Assembly: GCF_964355755.1 (NCBI RefSeq)
Contig: NC_092673.1
Coordinates: forward strand, 22,565,648 to 22,629,647
Origin: Antedon mediterranea
Lineage: Eukaryota > Animalia > Echinodermata
DNA: 64,000 nt
Reading direction: 5' to 3'
Shown: positions 39,030 through 51,675 of the stretch, in pieces
How the letters are laid out: each line of letters opens with the position of its first letter
Numbering within the stretch: position 1 is the stretch's first letter
Made by a program: the position numbers and the translations under genes
The notes under the pieces: generated by a model
Database searches by the model: none
What the model was told of the DNA's origin: nothing
What the model saw: the letters and a program-made list of their open reading frames with translations, nothing else

Positions 39030-42023
39030 ATGAGCACGACTCTATATGAAAATAAATCGAGTCCTACACATTCCTTAGATTGCTTTGAAAGTGACGAGGC
39101 TGGTTTATGCAAATATTTCACTCCAACACAACTAAATGAGCTACAGGCGCAAATTGATAACGATGGTATCTTTACAACGTTACACATGAATGCACGTAGT
39201 CTTCCAAAACACTTCGACGAAATTAGCATTATGTTAGATACCATAGGTCGTGCGTTTGATGTACTTGGTTTCTCGGAAACCTGGATAAATAAGAACACGC
39301 CAATTGACTTATTAAATATCAATGGATACAATATGTACACTTGTAATAGAGAAGGTAGAGTCGGTGGTGGAGTTTGTCTATATTTAAAAGAACAAATCAA
39401 CACCGTAACACGTGATGATTTTGTATTTAATGATAACTCCATTGATTCACTTTTTCTAGAAATAATAAACACAAACGGCAAAAATACTATTGTAGGTATG
39501 TTGTATCGACCACCAAATTCAAACGTCAACTCATTTAACTCTGATCTGGAAGAAATCTTACATAAACTTAATCGCGAAAACAAAAACTGCTATATCTTAG
39601 GAGATTTTAATCAAGACTTATTAAAATATGACATTCAAAAAACAACACAGGAATTCACAAACATTATTTACTCAACATCTTTTAGTCCATTAATCAACTT
39701 ACCCACCAGAATTACATCGTCTTCTGCTACAATTTTAGATAATATTATTACAAATGATGATAACATTTCGCATTGTGGAGTAATAGTCACTGACATTACC
39801 GATCATCTACCCATTTTCATGACAACACACTTGTCATTAAATACTAACACACAAGCTCCAATTACAAAACAAAAAATAATTAATGATACAACATTAAATA
39901 ACTTGCTTATTGCTATTTCTAATGAGGATTGGGGTGAACTATATTTATGCACAGATACCAATACATCATATAACCTATTTATTAAAAAACTATCCAATCT
40001 CATAGATAATAACATACCTACAAAAAGTAATAAGCCAAATGGTAATACAAAGAAAAAACCATGGATCACAACAGGAATTTTGATTTCAATAAAAAAGAAA
40101 AATAAACTTTATAAAAAATACCTTAAAAACCCAACACAATTATTAAAAAATATATATAAAAAGTACAAAAATAAATTAACTCATTTAATTAGAATTCGGA
40201 AAAAACAATATTATTCCAAAAAACTGGATGCAGCTCGACACGATTCAAAGCAAACATGGAAAGTTTTAAATGAAGTTCTAAATAGAAAAAAATCGAGTGT
40301 TAAGCCAAATGAGGTAATTAACCATAGTAATAAAACTTTGGTATGTGATCCAAAAGGTATGTCTGACGCTTTTAATGACTTCTTCTCCAACATTGGAAAT
40401 GAATTAGCAAACAAAATACCAAATGTAAACAATTCTGACTTTAAACAATATATGAAAGAGAGTCAATCCCAATCCATATTTTTCAATCCTACGAATGAAG
40501 AAGAGGTCATTGAAATAGTTAGTCAAATCAAAAATTCAAATTCAGAAGGTGTTGATAACTTAAGTAATCGCATTCTAAAACATATTATTGCTGCTGTGGC
40601 ATCTCCTCTTGTACATATCTTTAACCTCTCTCTTGAGACAGGCATGGTCCCTGATAGTATGAAAGTAGCTAGAGTAGTTCCAATTTTTAAATCTGGCAAT
40701 AAAAGTGACGTCAGTAATTATAGGCCGATCTCTATTCTGCCTACCGCTTCAAAAATTCTTGAAAAAATTGTTCAAATTAGAGTAAATAATTATATCACAA
40801 AGTTTAACATCCTTAATAATGCACAATATGGTTTCAGAAAAAACAGTTCTACTTTTATGGCCGTTATAGATCTGGTTGAACGAATAACCGATGCGCTTGA
40901 TAAGAAAAAAAATACCATCGGAATATTTATTGATTTGTCAAAAGCGTTTGACACCATCAACCATGATATACTTCTTAAAAAATTGGAACACTATGGCATA
41001 AGAGGCACGGCCCTTAAATGGTTTAGAAACTATATTAATGGAAGGAAACAATTTACGTCTATTGATAACACAAGTTCGTGTTTGATGGATATAAATTGCG
41101 GTGTACCACAGGGTTCAATTCTGGGGCCTCTACTTTTTATTTTGTACATTAACGATGTATTTAATTGCTCAAACTCGTTATCTTTTGTTTTATTTGCTGA
41201 CGACACAAACATATCTGCATCTCACGAAAACTTGGATACGCTCATAGAACTAGTTAATGGTGAACTAAAAAATGTTTCGGATTGGTTCATGTGCAATAAA
41301 CTATCAATCAACGTTAAAAAAACTAATTACATAATTTTCCGCAATCAGCGAAATCCAAGTAATTTAGAGAATGTAAATATTTATGTCAACAATAAAAGAA
41401 TAGATAGAGTTAAATCGACTAAATTCCTTGGAGTACATATTGATGAATTTCTCACATATAAGAACCACATCAATGTTACAGCTAGGAAAATATCTCGATA
41501 TGTAGGCATACTATATAAAGTAAGACATTTTTTACCAACCTATGCTCTCTGGACAATATACAAATCACTCATTGAACCAGTATTAAATTATTGCAACATA
41601 ATATGGTGTAGCACATTTCCAAGTTATTTAGATGAGTTATTTAAACTCCAGAAAAGGGCATTACGAGCTATAACATGGTCAAAGTTTAATGATTCAATGA
41701 CTGAATGTTTCTATAAATTTAAACTTCTTAAAATTGCGGATATCAATAAGTACCAAATTGGGCTTTTCATGTATAATGTTACTACTAATCAGGACGTGCG
41801 TTTTTCATCGCTCTTTATTAAAAATGGTTCTTACCATAATTATAATACAAGATCTAAAGACAAAATGAGACTCAGAAAACGTAATCGTACTTCTACTAGT
41901 TTTACTGTGTCATGTGTGGGACCCAAATTGTGGAATGACTTGAATTACGAACTACAAAGTACCAACTCAATATGTATATTTAAATCATTGTTTAAAGAAC
42001 ATTTATTATCATATTACAAATAA
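39030..42023 (+). CDS. LINE ORF2p: APE endonuclease plus reverse transcriptase
   Basis: APE motifs MNARSL, SETW, GGGV, YRPP, GDFN, TDHLP. RT motifs NYRPISIL, QYGFR, DLSKAFD, GVPQGSILGPLLF, FADD, FLGV. No stops. Confidence 0.95.
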   Translation: MSTTLYENKSSPTHSLDCFESDEAGLCKYFTPTQLNELQAQIDNDGIFTTLHMNARSLPKHFDEISIMLDTIGRAFDVLGFSETWINKNTPIDLLNINGYNMYTCNREGRVGGGVCLYLKEQINTVTRDDFVFNDNSIDSLFLEIINTNGKNTIVGMLYRPPNSNVNSFNSDLEEILHKLNRENKNCYILGDFNQDLLKYDIQKTTQEFTNIIYSTSFSPLINLPTRITSSSATILDNIITNDDNISHCGVIVTDITDHLPIFMTTHLSLNTNTQAPITKQKIINDTTLNNLLIAISNEDWGELYLCTDTNTSYNLFIKKLSNLIDNNIPTKSNKPNGNTKKKPWITTGILISIKKKNKLYKKYLKNPTQLLKNIYKKYKNKLTHLIRIRKKQYYSKKLDAARHDSKQTWKVLNEVLNRKKSSVKPNEVINHSNKTLVCDPKGMSDAFNDFFSNIGNELANKIPNVNNSDFKQYMKESQSQSIFFNPTNEEEVIEIVSQIKNSNSEGVDNLSNRILKHIIAAVASPLVHIFNLSLETGMVPDSMKVARVVPIFKSGNKSDVSNYRPISILPTASKILEKIVQIRVNNYITKFNILNNAQYGFRKNSSTFMAVIDLVERITDALDKKKNTIGIFIDLSKAFDTINHDILLKKLEHYGIRGTALKWFRNYINGRKQFTSIDNTSSCLMDINCGVPQGSILGPLLFILYINDVFNCSNSLSFVLFADDTNISASHENLDTLIELVNGELKNVSDWFMCNKLSINVKKTNYIIFRNQRNPSNLENVNIYVNNKRIDRVKSTKFLGVHIDEFLTYKNHINVTARKISRYVGILYKVRHFLPTYALWTIYKSLIEPVLNYCNIIWCSTFPSYLDELFKLQKRALRAITWSKFNDSMTECFYKFKLLKIADINKYQIGLFMYNVTTNQDVRFSSLFIKNGSYHNYNTRSKDKMRLRKRNRTSTSFTVSCVGPKLWNDLNYELQSTNSICIFKSLFKEHLLSYYK

Positions 42024-42235
42024 TTTTAAAAATAATACTTGTTGCAGGATTTAGCTTTTTTTATTATTTATGTTTTAGTTTTTTAGGCTAGTTTTTAGGG
42101 ACTTAGGGGGACACAACTAATCAAGCTCTTTTGAGTTTTTATGTGTTTCCTTTTCATCTTTTTTATGTTCTCATATTTTGTTGTTGTATATTTTCATGAT
42201 TGAGGATGAATAAAGAATATTTGAATTTGAATCCT

Positions 42236-42350
42236 GTTTTTAGTCGCGTGCAAACGCGACTCTACAGCTTACTATGTCGATCGGTCGGTTGGCCGGAAAC
42301 ACTAACTTAAATTTGCGCACGCGACCGCAGCCATGCATATGGCCTTGTTT
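42236..42350 (+). mobile_element. Minimal HINE/DINE-1-like element abutting the LINE tail
   Basis: TTTTTAGTCGCGTGCAAACGCGACTCTA hairpin start, GTCG repeats, GCAGCCAT...ATGGCCTTGTTT end. Confidence 0.65.
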
Positions 42351-42477
42351 CTTTTTATATTTTGAATTTTATATAACGATTTTTCTTTCATATCATAGAA
42401 ATGTAAAACTGCCTGTAAGCAATGTATGAAAATCTTTTAGAAACAAAGATGTATCACAGTTGCAAGATGTGTAAAAC

Positions 42478-45400
42478 ATGGATGTTGTGGACGTTTCTAT
42501 GTGAGTAATCAAATCTTAAGCTAGCTCTGTCAAAACAAATATGGTAGTGATATGCCCAAATATGGTAGTGACATGATATCATCGTCTCCATATATTAACA
42601 CATCACATTTTTTGTCACACAAAGTTTGATAGTGTAGACAGAGCTTTAAGTCTGCTTTCCATTAGTTGAATATTCGCACGAACTCAGTGTTTTCGCAGAG
42701 AAAAAACACTATCTACTATATTAAAAATTCAGAATTCGTCACATAGAAAGGTATTCAGAAGATAGAAATATATGAATACGCATGCGCATTTAAGTGTGAA
42801 TTCCACTATTTTACATATAGTGGAAAATTGACTTTATTTTTAATTTGTTCCAGAATTTGCTTTAGGGGAATAGTGACTATACAGACCTGTATATTATCTG
42901 ATTTTTCCATTGATACTTCGATTTGTTTTAGGGCAGGCACCTTTCTCATTTTTGCCTATCTGCAATGCTATTGCAAAATAGAAACTAGTTTTACACTTGT
43001 TTTGGCTAGAAATAATGCTAAATTAAGTATCGGAAAGATTCAACCACCACAATTATCATCAATTCAAACTTTTATCTCAAATTCGAATATTCTTCTTCGC
43101 AATCTAAAAGTTAATTTCCACCCAATTATCGGTACTGTATCTAGATTTCTCCAGTATTATAGGGAAATTCCGTAATACAGACACCACATGTGATAAATAC
43201 TGAATATTCCTATGATACTAGGCAAATATTGTCTTATGTATCATCATTGGAAAACTAATTAATAGATGAAAACTAATGTAATTATCATATTATCATTATA
43301 TATCTATGCTAACATTATGATTATTTTTTTTTGTACAGTTGCATTATCTTGTAAGCTTTCGACTGCCAGTAATAAGATCAATCCAGACTCTAATTCATTT
43401 ACATTATCACCTGTTATTGGCAAATTATATAGCACAACAGCAAAGCTACAATTAAACGGATTAAAATTAGCTGCTGCTGCTGATGATGATATTTCTGTGA
43501 ATAATACCTTATTACTAGATGCTTTACCGATGCCAATAAGCGGATGCAAAGGTATCGTATCAGTTATTACAATTGCTAGGATTTTCTCAGTTTCTATATT
43601 AGGCTACAACGAAAATCATTTGTTCTCACTTCACTGGCCAGGTGCAGCCAAACCATATCTATTATTAATATATTGCAAGAATTATTGATCTACAGTTTCC
43701 CCCCAATGTTGAATAATTTTTGTTTTGCAATTTCTTTTATCAACGAGAGAATAGTTCAAATTAGGCTACTCAGTAAAATCATATTAATTTTTGTGCGAAC
43801 AAAAAAATGCTTTGTTTGTTTACCGTCATTAGCTTGAACAACCAAATACTGAACAAATTCTGATTTTATAGCAGAATGTTTTTTTTCTGTATTTTACCAT
43901 AGAGATAATCCTGTTAAAAAAAATTCATTTAGCTAAATATCTGAAATTCATGCCTATAACTGTTCTTTAAATGATCACATTATATTTTAAATGTGTAACT
44001 TTAATTTGAACTAAATACACTTTACAGTTATCATGCATATTTAACTTGAAATTCTTTACTAAAAAACAACAAAAAATGAAAGTAGATGTATCACTACAAA
44101 GTCCAGCCTATATTGTCTATTTAGATTGTCTATTTGCTAAAATTGTCTACTCACGACAAATGGTTTCAAAACGATTTAACGTATAAGCCAATGTATTCAA
44201 GCAATCAGTTACAATCAATGCGGTGATTAAGTACAGTTGGCAAAGATGCGACCAAATTAATTGATGTAAAGTGCACTTTCCTGCTTTGTCGGATTTCGCC
44301 ATCTTACAATCATAACTGTACTGAGTAAATTAAATGAGTTTGGAAATAATGTGTTGTTCTTTCACGGCCTATTGATCGAATACCATGATCTCACAGTAAA
44401 ATTGAGCATACATTTTTGTTTAAAGAATTCTCAGTAACACAAAATCTTTCTTTTTTAAGATCCTTGGAAAAAAGCTTCTCTTAGTCTTTCAAATACATCA
44501 ACTTTAACTGATATGGATGTTTCAGAGGCGCCACATTTCTCTCACTTACAATCTAGCGGCACCGTACAAGACCTGCACTTTTGTACATGGAAAACGGACG
44601 AGTATCGAAAACGGTTTGCCTGGAGCCACGAAAACTATTGCTTTATTGTTTTTATAAGTATTGATGTTGATGTAGATAAAATTTGTCCGGATAATTTTTA
44701 CAAAGGTAATTATTTAGAATATCGTATTAACTATTTGCTCAATTAAGTGTCTTTTCTGAAACGAATAGTGACCCACAGTTGGCAGCAAATAAACGCGTTG
44801 AATCTCTGAGTGTCACTACTTGTTTGACTGAGTCTGAGTATTTTTTTTTCACCCAAAACCCAAAAAATCATAAAAATATATATTAACTTAAGTAAAAAAG
44901 TACGAAATAAAAAATTACTACGTGTCACTGTCAACAAATACCTTCTATACCCATAAACTGAAAAAGAAGTACAGGACAACACGTGTACAGGAAACAGGAC
45001 AAAAACCTGTTATGAAGACTCTCTTTATATCTATACTCTATACAGGGAGTTGTTAATTACAACTCCCTGCTCTATATATATTTCTCAATGATTCTTTACT
45101 CCATGATTTCAGAAAAGCTTACACATAAGCACTGCAACACATGTCAACTTTAACTTAATGTGAATTCAATAATAGGTAAACAAGCCATTAAATATTGAAA
45201 CAGCAAACGTTTCTATTTTCAGACACATTATTTAATGAATATCACACTTTTGAATTGTCATCATGGTCAACGCGTATCGTTATGGACAGATGTTGTAGAG
45301 AGGTGAATTCTACTTCGAAGCCACCAAGCCTCACACCGCCCTTCTACCTGCTGTCTAATAGAGATGAGTCATGCCCAACGATAGAGGGCAGTGATATATC

Positions 45401-46171
45401 AATTGAAATAATGAGATTTCAGGAAAGTTATAAGGTGAAAAGTATAAAGCTATGTTACTATGAAAAAGGCAAGTTTACAAAAAGAAGTTTGTTTGTTACA
45501 AACACATTCTCTCCCTTCATCAAGCAACTTACTTACTTCATGATCCGATCCAGCCGTCAAATATTCAACCACCTTCTAAACATATTCTTCCATCAAATCA
45601 ATATAATTATTATGTTCACTATTTATTATACAAAAGCCTTTATTAACTATTTCAAGTGAAATCAATATAACTTTTATAGAGCCTAACGTTTTTTCCAGAT
45701 TCTTCATGGACATTTGAACAAAAGCTGGAACTGGGAGTCTATATAATCGTACTGGGGACACCCACTACAACTTTACTAATAGTATGTCTGTGTCAAATCA
45801 GGACACGCACAAACAAGAGGAAATTTGCATACAGTCAAAGGTAAGCACAAGAACGGAGAAAATGGATCAAACATAATATGGTAGGTCTACTAGTAGGCCT
45901 AAGAAATCAATGCAATGGATCCAGAAATTGGGTGTATAATAACCCGACATATTTATAAAGAATAACAGACTAATATTAATATATATAACATTTAAAATTC
46001 AGAATTAAATAAAACTTGTGTAAAGTATAGTACCCCTTATAAACCAACTTTAACTATATATTTTTTTCAGAGGATTTTCGTCAAACAATACACAGGCATC
46101 CATTATGTTTAGACAGTCGACACATTCTCCACAAATGAAACATCAACCCTCGTCTAGCTCATTAAATGAGC
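42478..46171 (+). CDS. Type-I membrane protein with a divergent ApeC (apextrin C-terminal) domain; last exon(s) not resolved
   Basis: Phase-compatible exons 42478-42500, 42932 (or 42854)-43131, 43339-43551, 44460-44705, 45223-45468 (GC donor), 45699-45840, 46071-46171. Spliced peptide ALPMPISGCKDPW...HL...FCTWK...WSHENYCFI...CPDNF...RCCR...LTPPFYLL...CPTIEG...IKLCYY follows the ApeC Cys/Trp pattern. It is followed by TM LGVYIIVLGTPTTTLLIVCLC and basic RTRTNKRK. The first two exons are less certain. Confidence 0.75.
45036..45076. mobile_element. P-superfamily excision footprint (27 bp plus 7-bp TSD)
   Basis: CTCTATA|CAGGGAGTTGTTAATTACAACTCCCTG|CTCTATA. Confidence 0.7.
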
Positions 46172-47776
46172 GTAAGGTAGGAGTATTTTGGTTTATGTTT
46201 TTCACTCAAATAATATAATACTGATTTTGAGTAGGCAGAGGTTGTTAAAAAAGTATTTACAAGTATAACAAATCCGACTAGCACTATCAATTAATACTAG
46301 TTTAGTGTTCTCTGTCCAGACGTCGTAGCCTAACCGTTTCACTGAAATATAATTATGTTTTTTATAGGGTTGTAAAGCTTCGACCAAATTTTGAATCCGG
46401 TGTTGGTATTTTGATATGACTGATGAAATGTTCACCTCACTTTTTAATGGCTATAATGCACGCTCAGCATTTTGAAAATGAATTTCTTTTCTCTTTTTGC
46501 AAAAGCAAAATTCTCAGGCCGGCCTTTCTTCCATGGTAGAGAAAATTCGATGGTCGTCGATCTATTGATCATTCTCTCGCGATTTTACGCAGAAAGAAAG
46601 TCTGGCTTCCGCCCCAAAAAAGTCTAGTCCAAGGCCCATGTTATTGAAATAATTCACAGTCTCCGCTTTATTCAATAGAGCAGTCAATCTTTCCTCTCAT
46701 ACAATATTCTTGAAAGTCAAAAGGCAGAACAAAGAATATTAAATTTATCCTTTTTTTTAAAATTTAATTGTTTTGTTTTAAATCCGGTCATTGAAATGGG
46801 CACCGTGCAATATTTTACGAGGTGTTCGGCCCACTGATGACAGTAATTTATTTTGATTAAGGTTTATATAAAAAAATACTGCATTTACATATTTGTATAG
46901 CGTTTTAATGATATGAATGAAAAGGATAAATAAAAATAATAATTAAGGTAATTTTGTTTAAGCTATTTTATAAAATATAGAGCTAGATGACAAATACGAC
47001 GACATATTTCGATATTGATTGGCCTGTACAAAGTAAATACATATACTGTACAAAGAGTACAGTATATGTATCTTTATCATATAATTATCTTGAATTAATA
47101 AGATTATATATATATATTTAATACCATTTTAATAATTTATTCTTATTCGGATTTCGTTTTATATTAGTTTATGTTGGTCTCAATATCGTTGAAGACGATT
47201 TTATGTTTTTTCGTTTCTTTGTTTATATTATGACGATATACTTTTGACTGTAAGATGTACAGCCGTACACCTGGACGATACCTTGCATACAGGGGACCAA
47301 AACAGCACATATTCCCATTTAATAGTCTGTGCTCAACGTTTGTATTTTCAGTATATCAGTTCGCTACAGGCGCGGCCCTAATAAGCTATTGAACTTGACT
47401 GTGTTTGATCAACCTATAATTCCACTATTCTGATATTTCGTATCGTTGCTATGTATCTTAAATTGCAAAGTAACAGTTGTGACGTATAATTAATTGTAAA
47501 GTAAAAAATATATTTAAAATTTGCTAATTCATTACTAAAAGGATGTTATGTAAATGAATATTTGGTGTTTTAAATCATTAATTTATAGAATACTTGGTTT
47601 TCTCTGGTTATCCTCAAAAAGAAGAATGTAAAGTTGGTTCTCAGTTGACAATAAAGAGTTCGAATAATCCATCGCTTGTGATTGGTTAAATCACTTTGGT
47701 TGCGTCAGAGTGGGAACCAAGCTTTTAAACGTTTAGATTGTTGTCTCATTTATTTTTTAAAAGTAACCTTTTATAT

Positions 47777-47879
47777 CCTAGCCTAGCCTAGCCCAGCCCA
47801 GCCCAGCCCAGCCCAGCCCAGCCCAGCCGGGCCGGGTCGGGTCGGGTCGGGTCAGGTCGGGTCGGGTCGGGTAGGGTAG
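47777..47879. repeat. Compound pentanucleotide microsatellite (AGCCT/AGCCC)n-(GGGTC)n
   Basis: Direct reading. Confidence 0.9.
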
Positions 47880-48498
47880 TAGAAAACATTAGTTGCAAAC
47901 CTTTAAGCTCTTTAATCTGTATATTATTTTAATGTAAGCTTTTGTAAATGTTGATAGAATAGAAGTTTGCATATTAAAAATACTATATTTAAAAAAAAGA
48001 ACATGCATATTTTGACTGTCTTTTAGTTGAATTCCAAAATAATAATAACTGTATATCATTAGGCAAAACCAATGAGTAGTAGTACACAAAATCCATTTCA
48101 GTCGCAAAGTAGGTATACTTATTCACCTTTGTTGAGCATGTTCTTGCACACATACCCTAGTGACCAGTAAGAGTTGAGCTGATGTTAGGTAGTTTAAAGT
48201 AATTGTAAATCATCAGTCGGTAGACTGTTGGTTACCTCCAATTATTGTAGTTCTTTATTTTATGAATCAATGATTCTATCATTGTCCGTTCCATCATAAA
48301 TAAGTCTTATTGCCATTCGAATAAAATGACCCCGATTCTAGCTAATCAAGATCCAATATGCACCATTAAAACCTCCTCCAAGAAAGACTCCTCCAAGACA
48401 GACTCTAGACTACTTGCAAAGTGCATTAATGATTGGATTATAATAGCACACGGTCACTGATACAACGACAAAAGTCTTCTTCACTGACGATATTGAAC

Positions 48499-50004
48499 CT
48501 AATTTTCTGGAATTAGATTAACGATGACTGTCTTTTTCCATGCAAAGAAAAAGTATCCCAAAGTTGAGCCAGCAAGCACCGATAAACATAGGTAACCATT
48601 TAAAGTCATTATTACAAGCATAAGAAAGTAGCGGGTTATTACAACCATAATATGGATAAACGTCTGGCAAATATGCGCTGGTGTACAAAAACCAATTCTA
48701 TATAAAAAAAAGTAATTAATTTTAGTTTAGAAAAAGCATTTTCTGACTGTTCTAAAGGAAAATTACCACCTATCTGATTAATTTACTATTGGTAATCCTT
48801 GGCAACATGTCATAAAGACATAAAATAAAATAAATAAATAAATACACTATGGAGGAGCTAGGTTCGTTTACAGTATGGCGACGTCACTATAAATATACAA
48901 AATGTTAAAACAAACGTACTCCTCCACTCCGTGCCCTTCTGTCAACATCCTGGTTCTTTCGGATGGCATTGGTTTACTTCTAACCATCTCATTATGTCTT
49001 CGTTGAATATTACCATGTAGTGCTAATTCACGACAGACTAAGATCATCTCATACATGAACGCCACAACGAAAACAAACAAACATGTAAAGACAAATTCTG
49101 AAAGGGACATAAATCAATATTATAAGATGGTACTTGGTTGCATTTGCATAATTCGTACAAATCTTCATCTCAAAGAAAGATAGATTCTTTTTATTTTGTA
49201 TATAAATACATTGTATAATCCTGGTTCTAAAATGAAAACAAATAAATGAAAATTAAAAACTAACAAAGGGATGGTTCTTTTTGTGTAAAATATTTTAAAA
49301 ACAAGATAGATGATAATGATGATCATTGTCAAGTGTATAGAAAAATATAAGAAAAATAATGAAAAAGGAGGTAATAATACGGAATTCAAAAATGTAAAAT
49401 TGTTACTGATGAATTGTAACGACATTTGGAATTAACAAAAATGTGTTAAATAATATGATTTTATGTAATGACATGAGATAATATGAATGTGAATAAAAGT
49501 GGTGTTTGCGCCAGAAAAGAGAGAAAAAAAAAGAAAGATAGACTAGATACGGCTAGGCCTATATAAAATAATAAAATATATAACCTGTTTCCACTGGATA
49601 GTGGGAATGAACTTATATGAGTGTATCTTTAAGTTGTAAAGAAAATCACAACAGTAGAACTCATGAATGTTAACAAACACATGACAAACAAATAACAGAT
49701 TTACAGTAGACGTGAGCTCCTTACCAATGTGGGCGAGATTATTAGTCTCTTTTTAAAATAGTTCCATTATCATTTTCTCCCCTCCTAAAGCTCTGTCTAC
49801 ACTATCAAATTTTATGTGACAAAAAATGTGATGTGCCTATATGGACAAGATGATGTCATATCACTACCATTTTAAAGCATATCACTACCATATTTAGGCA
49901 CATCACACTTTTTTTTAAACCTTACCACTAAAATGTTTTATTTCCCATCGCCTGAACAGAAAATAATCGCTTGTTTCGTCGAAGTGAAAATACATGTCAT
50001 GCAT
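48499..50004 (-). CDS. SLC31A1: Ctr/SLC31 copper transporter (CTR1-like)
   Basis: Exons 50004-49926, 49097-48920, 48697-48499 (TAG). Peptide MHDMYFHF...LFRRWEI...EFVFTCLFVFVVAFMYE...HICQTFIHI...YFLMLVIMTLNGYLCLSVLAGSTLGYFFFAWKKTVIVNLIPEN contains the family signature MxxxM-x12-GxxxG. The acceptor at 50028 leaves the frame open (KEINCTSI), so an upstream coding exon is possible. Paralogue assignment is tentative. Confidence 0.9.
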
Positions 50005-51675
50005 GATGGAGGTGCAGTTAATTTCCTTCTGAAAATATAAGGAGAAAAATGTAAAAAAAATAACATTAAAAAAATAACTAATAGCCGATGTCTTTGGCCA
50101 AAAATGTTCTTATAACTCATGGAAAGAGTCGATGGTAAATCCAATGTCCTATTCAGCTCATTGCCTCACCTTTTACTAAGTAAAATGTTGACAATTACTA
50201 AATGTATGACAATAAACAGGAAGCAGTATCCGTTGACAGCGTTACTTACATAAGCAAGCTATGTTATTTTAATAATTAAAAGTAAAATAACAGCAATACG
50301 CCTATAATAAATGAATCAAACTATGCATACCTATAAACATATACAGTATTTACAGAAAGTTTATGCAGATATCGTCGAAGGCCGTTGAACACTTAATAGT
50401 AAAACCACCATATGGGCTTACGTTAATAATTGAACTGTAGCAGTTCAATACACACAAGCAGAACCTACCAACATATTTTCTTTTATAGTTCAAGTAACAA
50501 TTTACTTACTTAAAACATAAACATTCTAATTTAAACTTTGATTGGTGTGGAATATGGATATTGTTGTAGGGAATAAGTTACACGTCAGAACAAGATTCAG
50601 TTCTCAATGAACAAACATTTAACATATCTGTTTCGTATATTATTACGCATAACTATTCGATTAGGAATATGTAAAATCAGATCTCGATCTTCACTACCCT
50701 TAGCAGTGAATTGGGCTAGGCCTACTATCTTTTAATTAGTCCTATTGTGACAACCATGTTCAATGGAGACACTATATGTATACACTTTCCACAAACAAAC
50801 GATGGCATGTGAATAGTTATAGTTATAGGGGTTCTACAACAGTTTAGAATGTATGCAAAATATTATGATTTACTTACGCAAGATTACATATGGTGAACTA
50901 ATGTACAGCTGTTGAAATTTAAACATGACAATGTGCGCTAACGTAGACCTACTGATAGCGTTATTTATTTTCCTTATCGATAGTAGTAATTTCAAGTCTA
51001 CTTTTACCTGTGTTAAGCCTAATTGTCTACAATTCCATAGTTCTTCCACGCTTCTCTGATTATCTTTTGATCGTTGACTATTGAAACTCATTCAAGTGAA
51101 TCCTTATGACAAACTTGTAGGCTAACAGCATAAAGGTATTAATAAAATATATGGCCTTCATCACCGTACTGTAGAGTTTAAAAGTCTACACAAATTATTC
51201 CCTTATATTTTGGTCAGTAAGTTTAAATTACCGTACTTGAATATGTTCGGTTCGTTTTTACTCAGTGAAGCTACACACTAGGACGTCCTAGTATAAATGG
51301 GCATTAATAACTTAGGATTAAAACACTGGAAAAAGTCTAAAAAAACAGTTAGGGAAGTGGAATGTTAGAAGCTGTCAACAGATATCCTTAATAATGCCTT
51401 CTGCCTTGTTGACTCGTATTGAAAAGAATTTTTTTTTAAATAAAAATGTGTATAAATCTTCTGACAGGGAATACATTTGGCCCTGTTGACATTTTAGTTT
51501 TTGCTTCGTATTGAAATAGCGGCCATTTTTATAAAATGTGCATAAATTCGGTATATACACGATCTTGTTTCAACTACTCCTATACAGTAGACCGAAATAT
51601 GAGGTATTGTTTTATGGTGAGCCAAACTTGGACCTATGTACAGAGATTTTTTAAACAAGAAACGTGGCTAAATAT

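Larger units (their letters stand above)
37771..42232 (+). mobile_element. Full-length non-LTR retrotransposon, CR1 group (L2/Crack-like)
   Basis: 5' UTR, intact ORF1 and ORF2, and a 3' UTR ending GAATAAAGAATATTTGAATTTGAAT (AATAAA plus short tandem tail). The 5' boundary is approximate. Confidence 0.9.

Noticed and set aside
37829-41212. Small ORFs overlapping LINE ORF1/ORF2 in other frames or antisense
   Set aside because: Shadow ORFs of the long coding frames, with no motifs.
45576-45761. Minus-strand LYRLP as an APE endonuclease remnant
   Set aside because: It is antisense to the TM exon of the ApeC gene, and other APE motifs are absent.
48340-48450. Pro-rich plus-strand frame (QYAPLKPPPRKTPPR) as last exon of the ApeC gene
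   Set aside because: The acceptor lacks a polypyrimidine tract and the segment lies in the Ctr 3' UTR; unsupported without RNA data.
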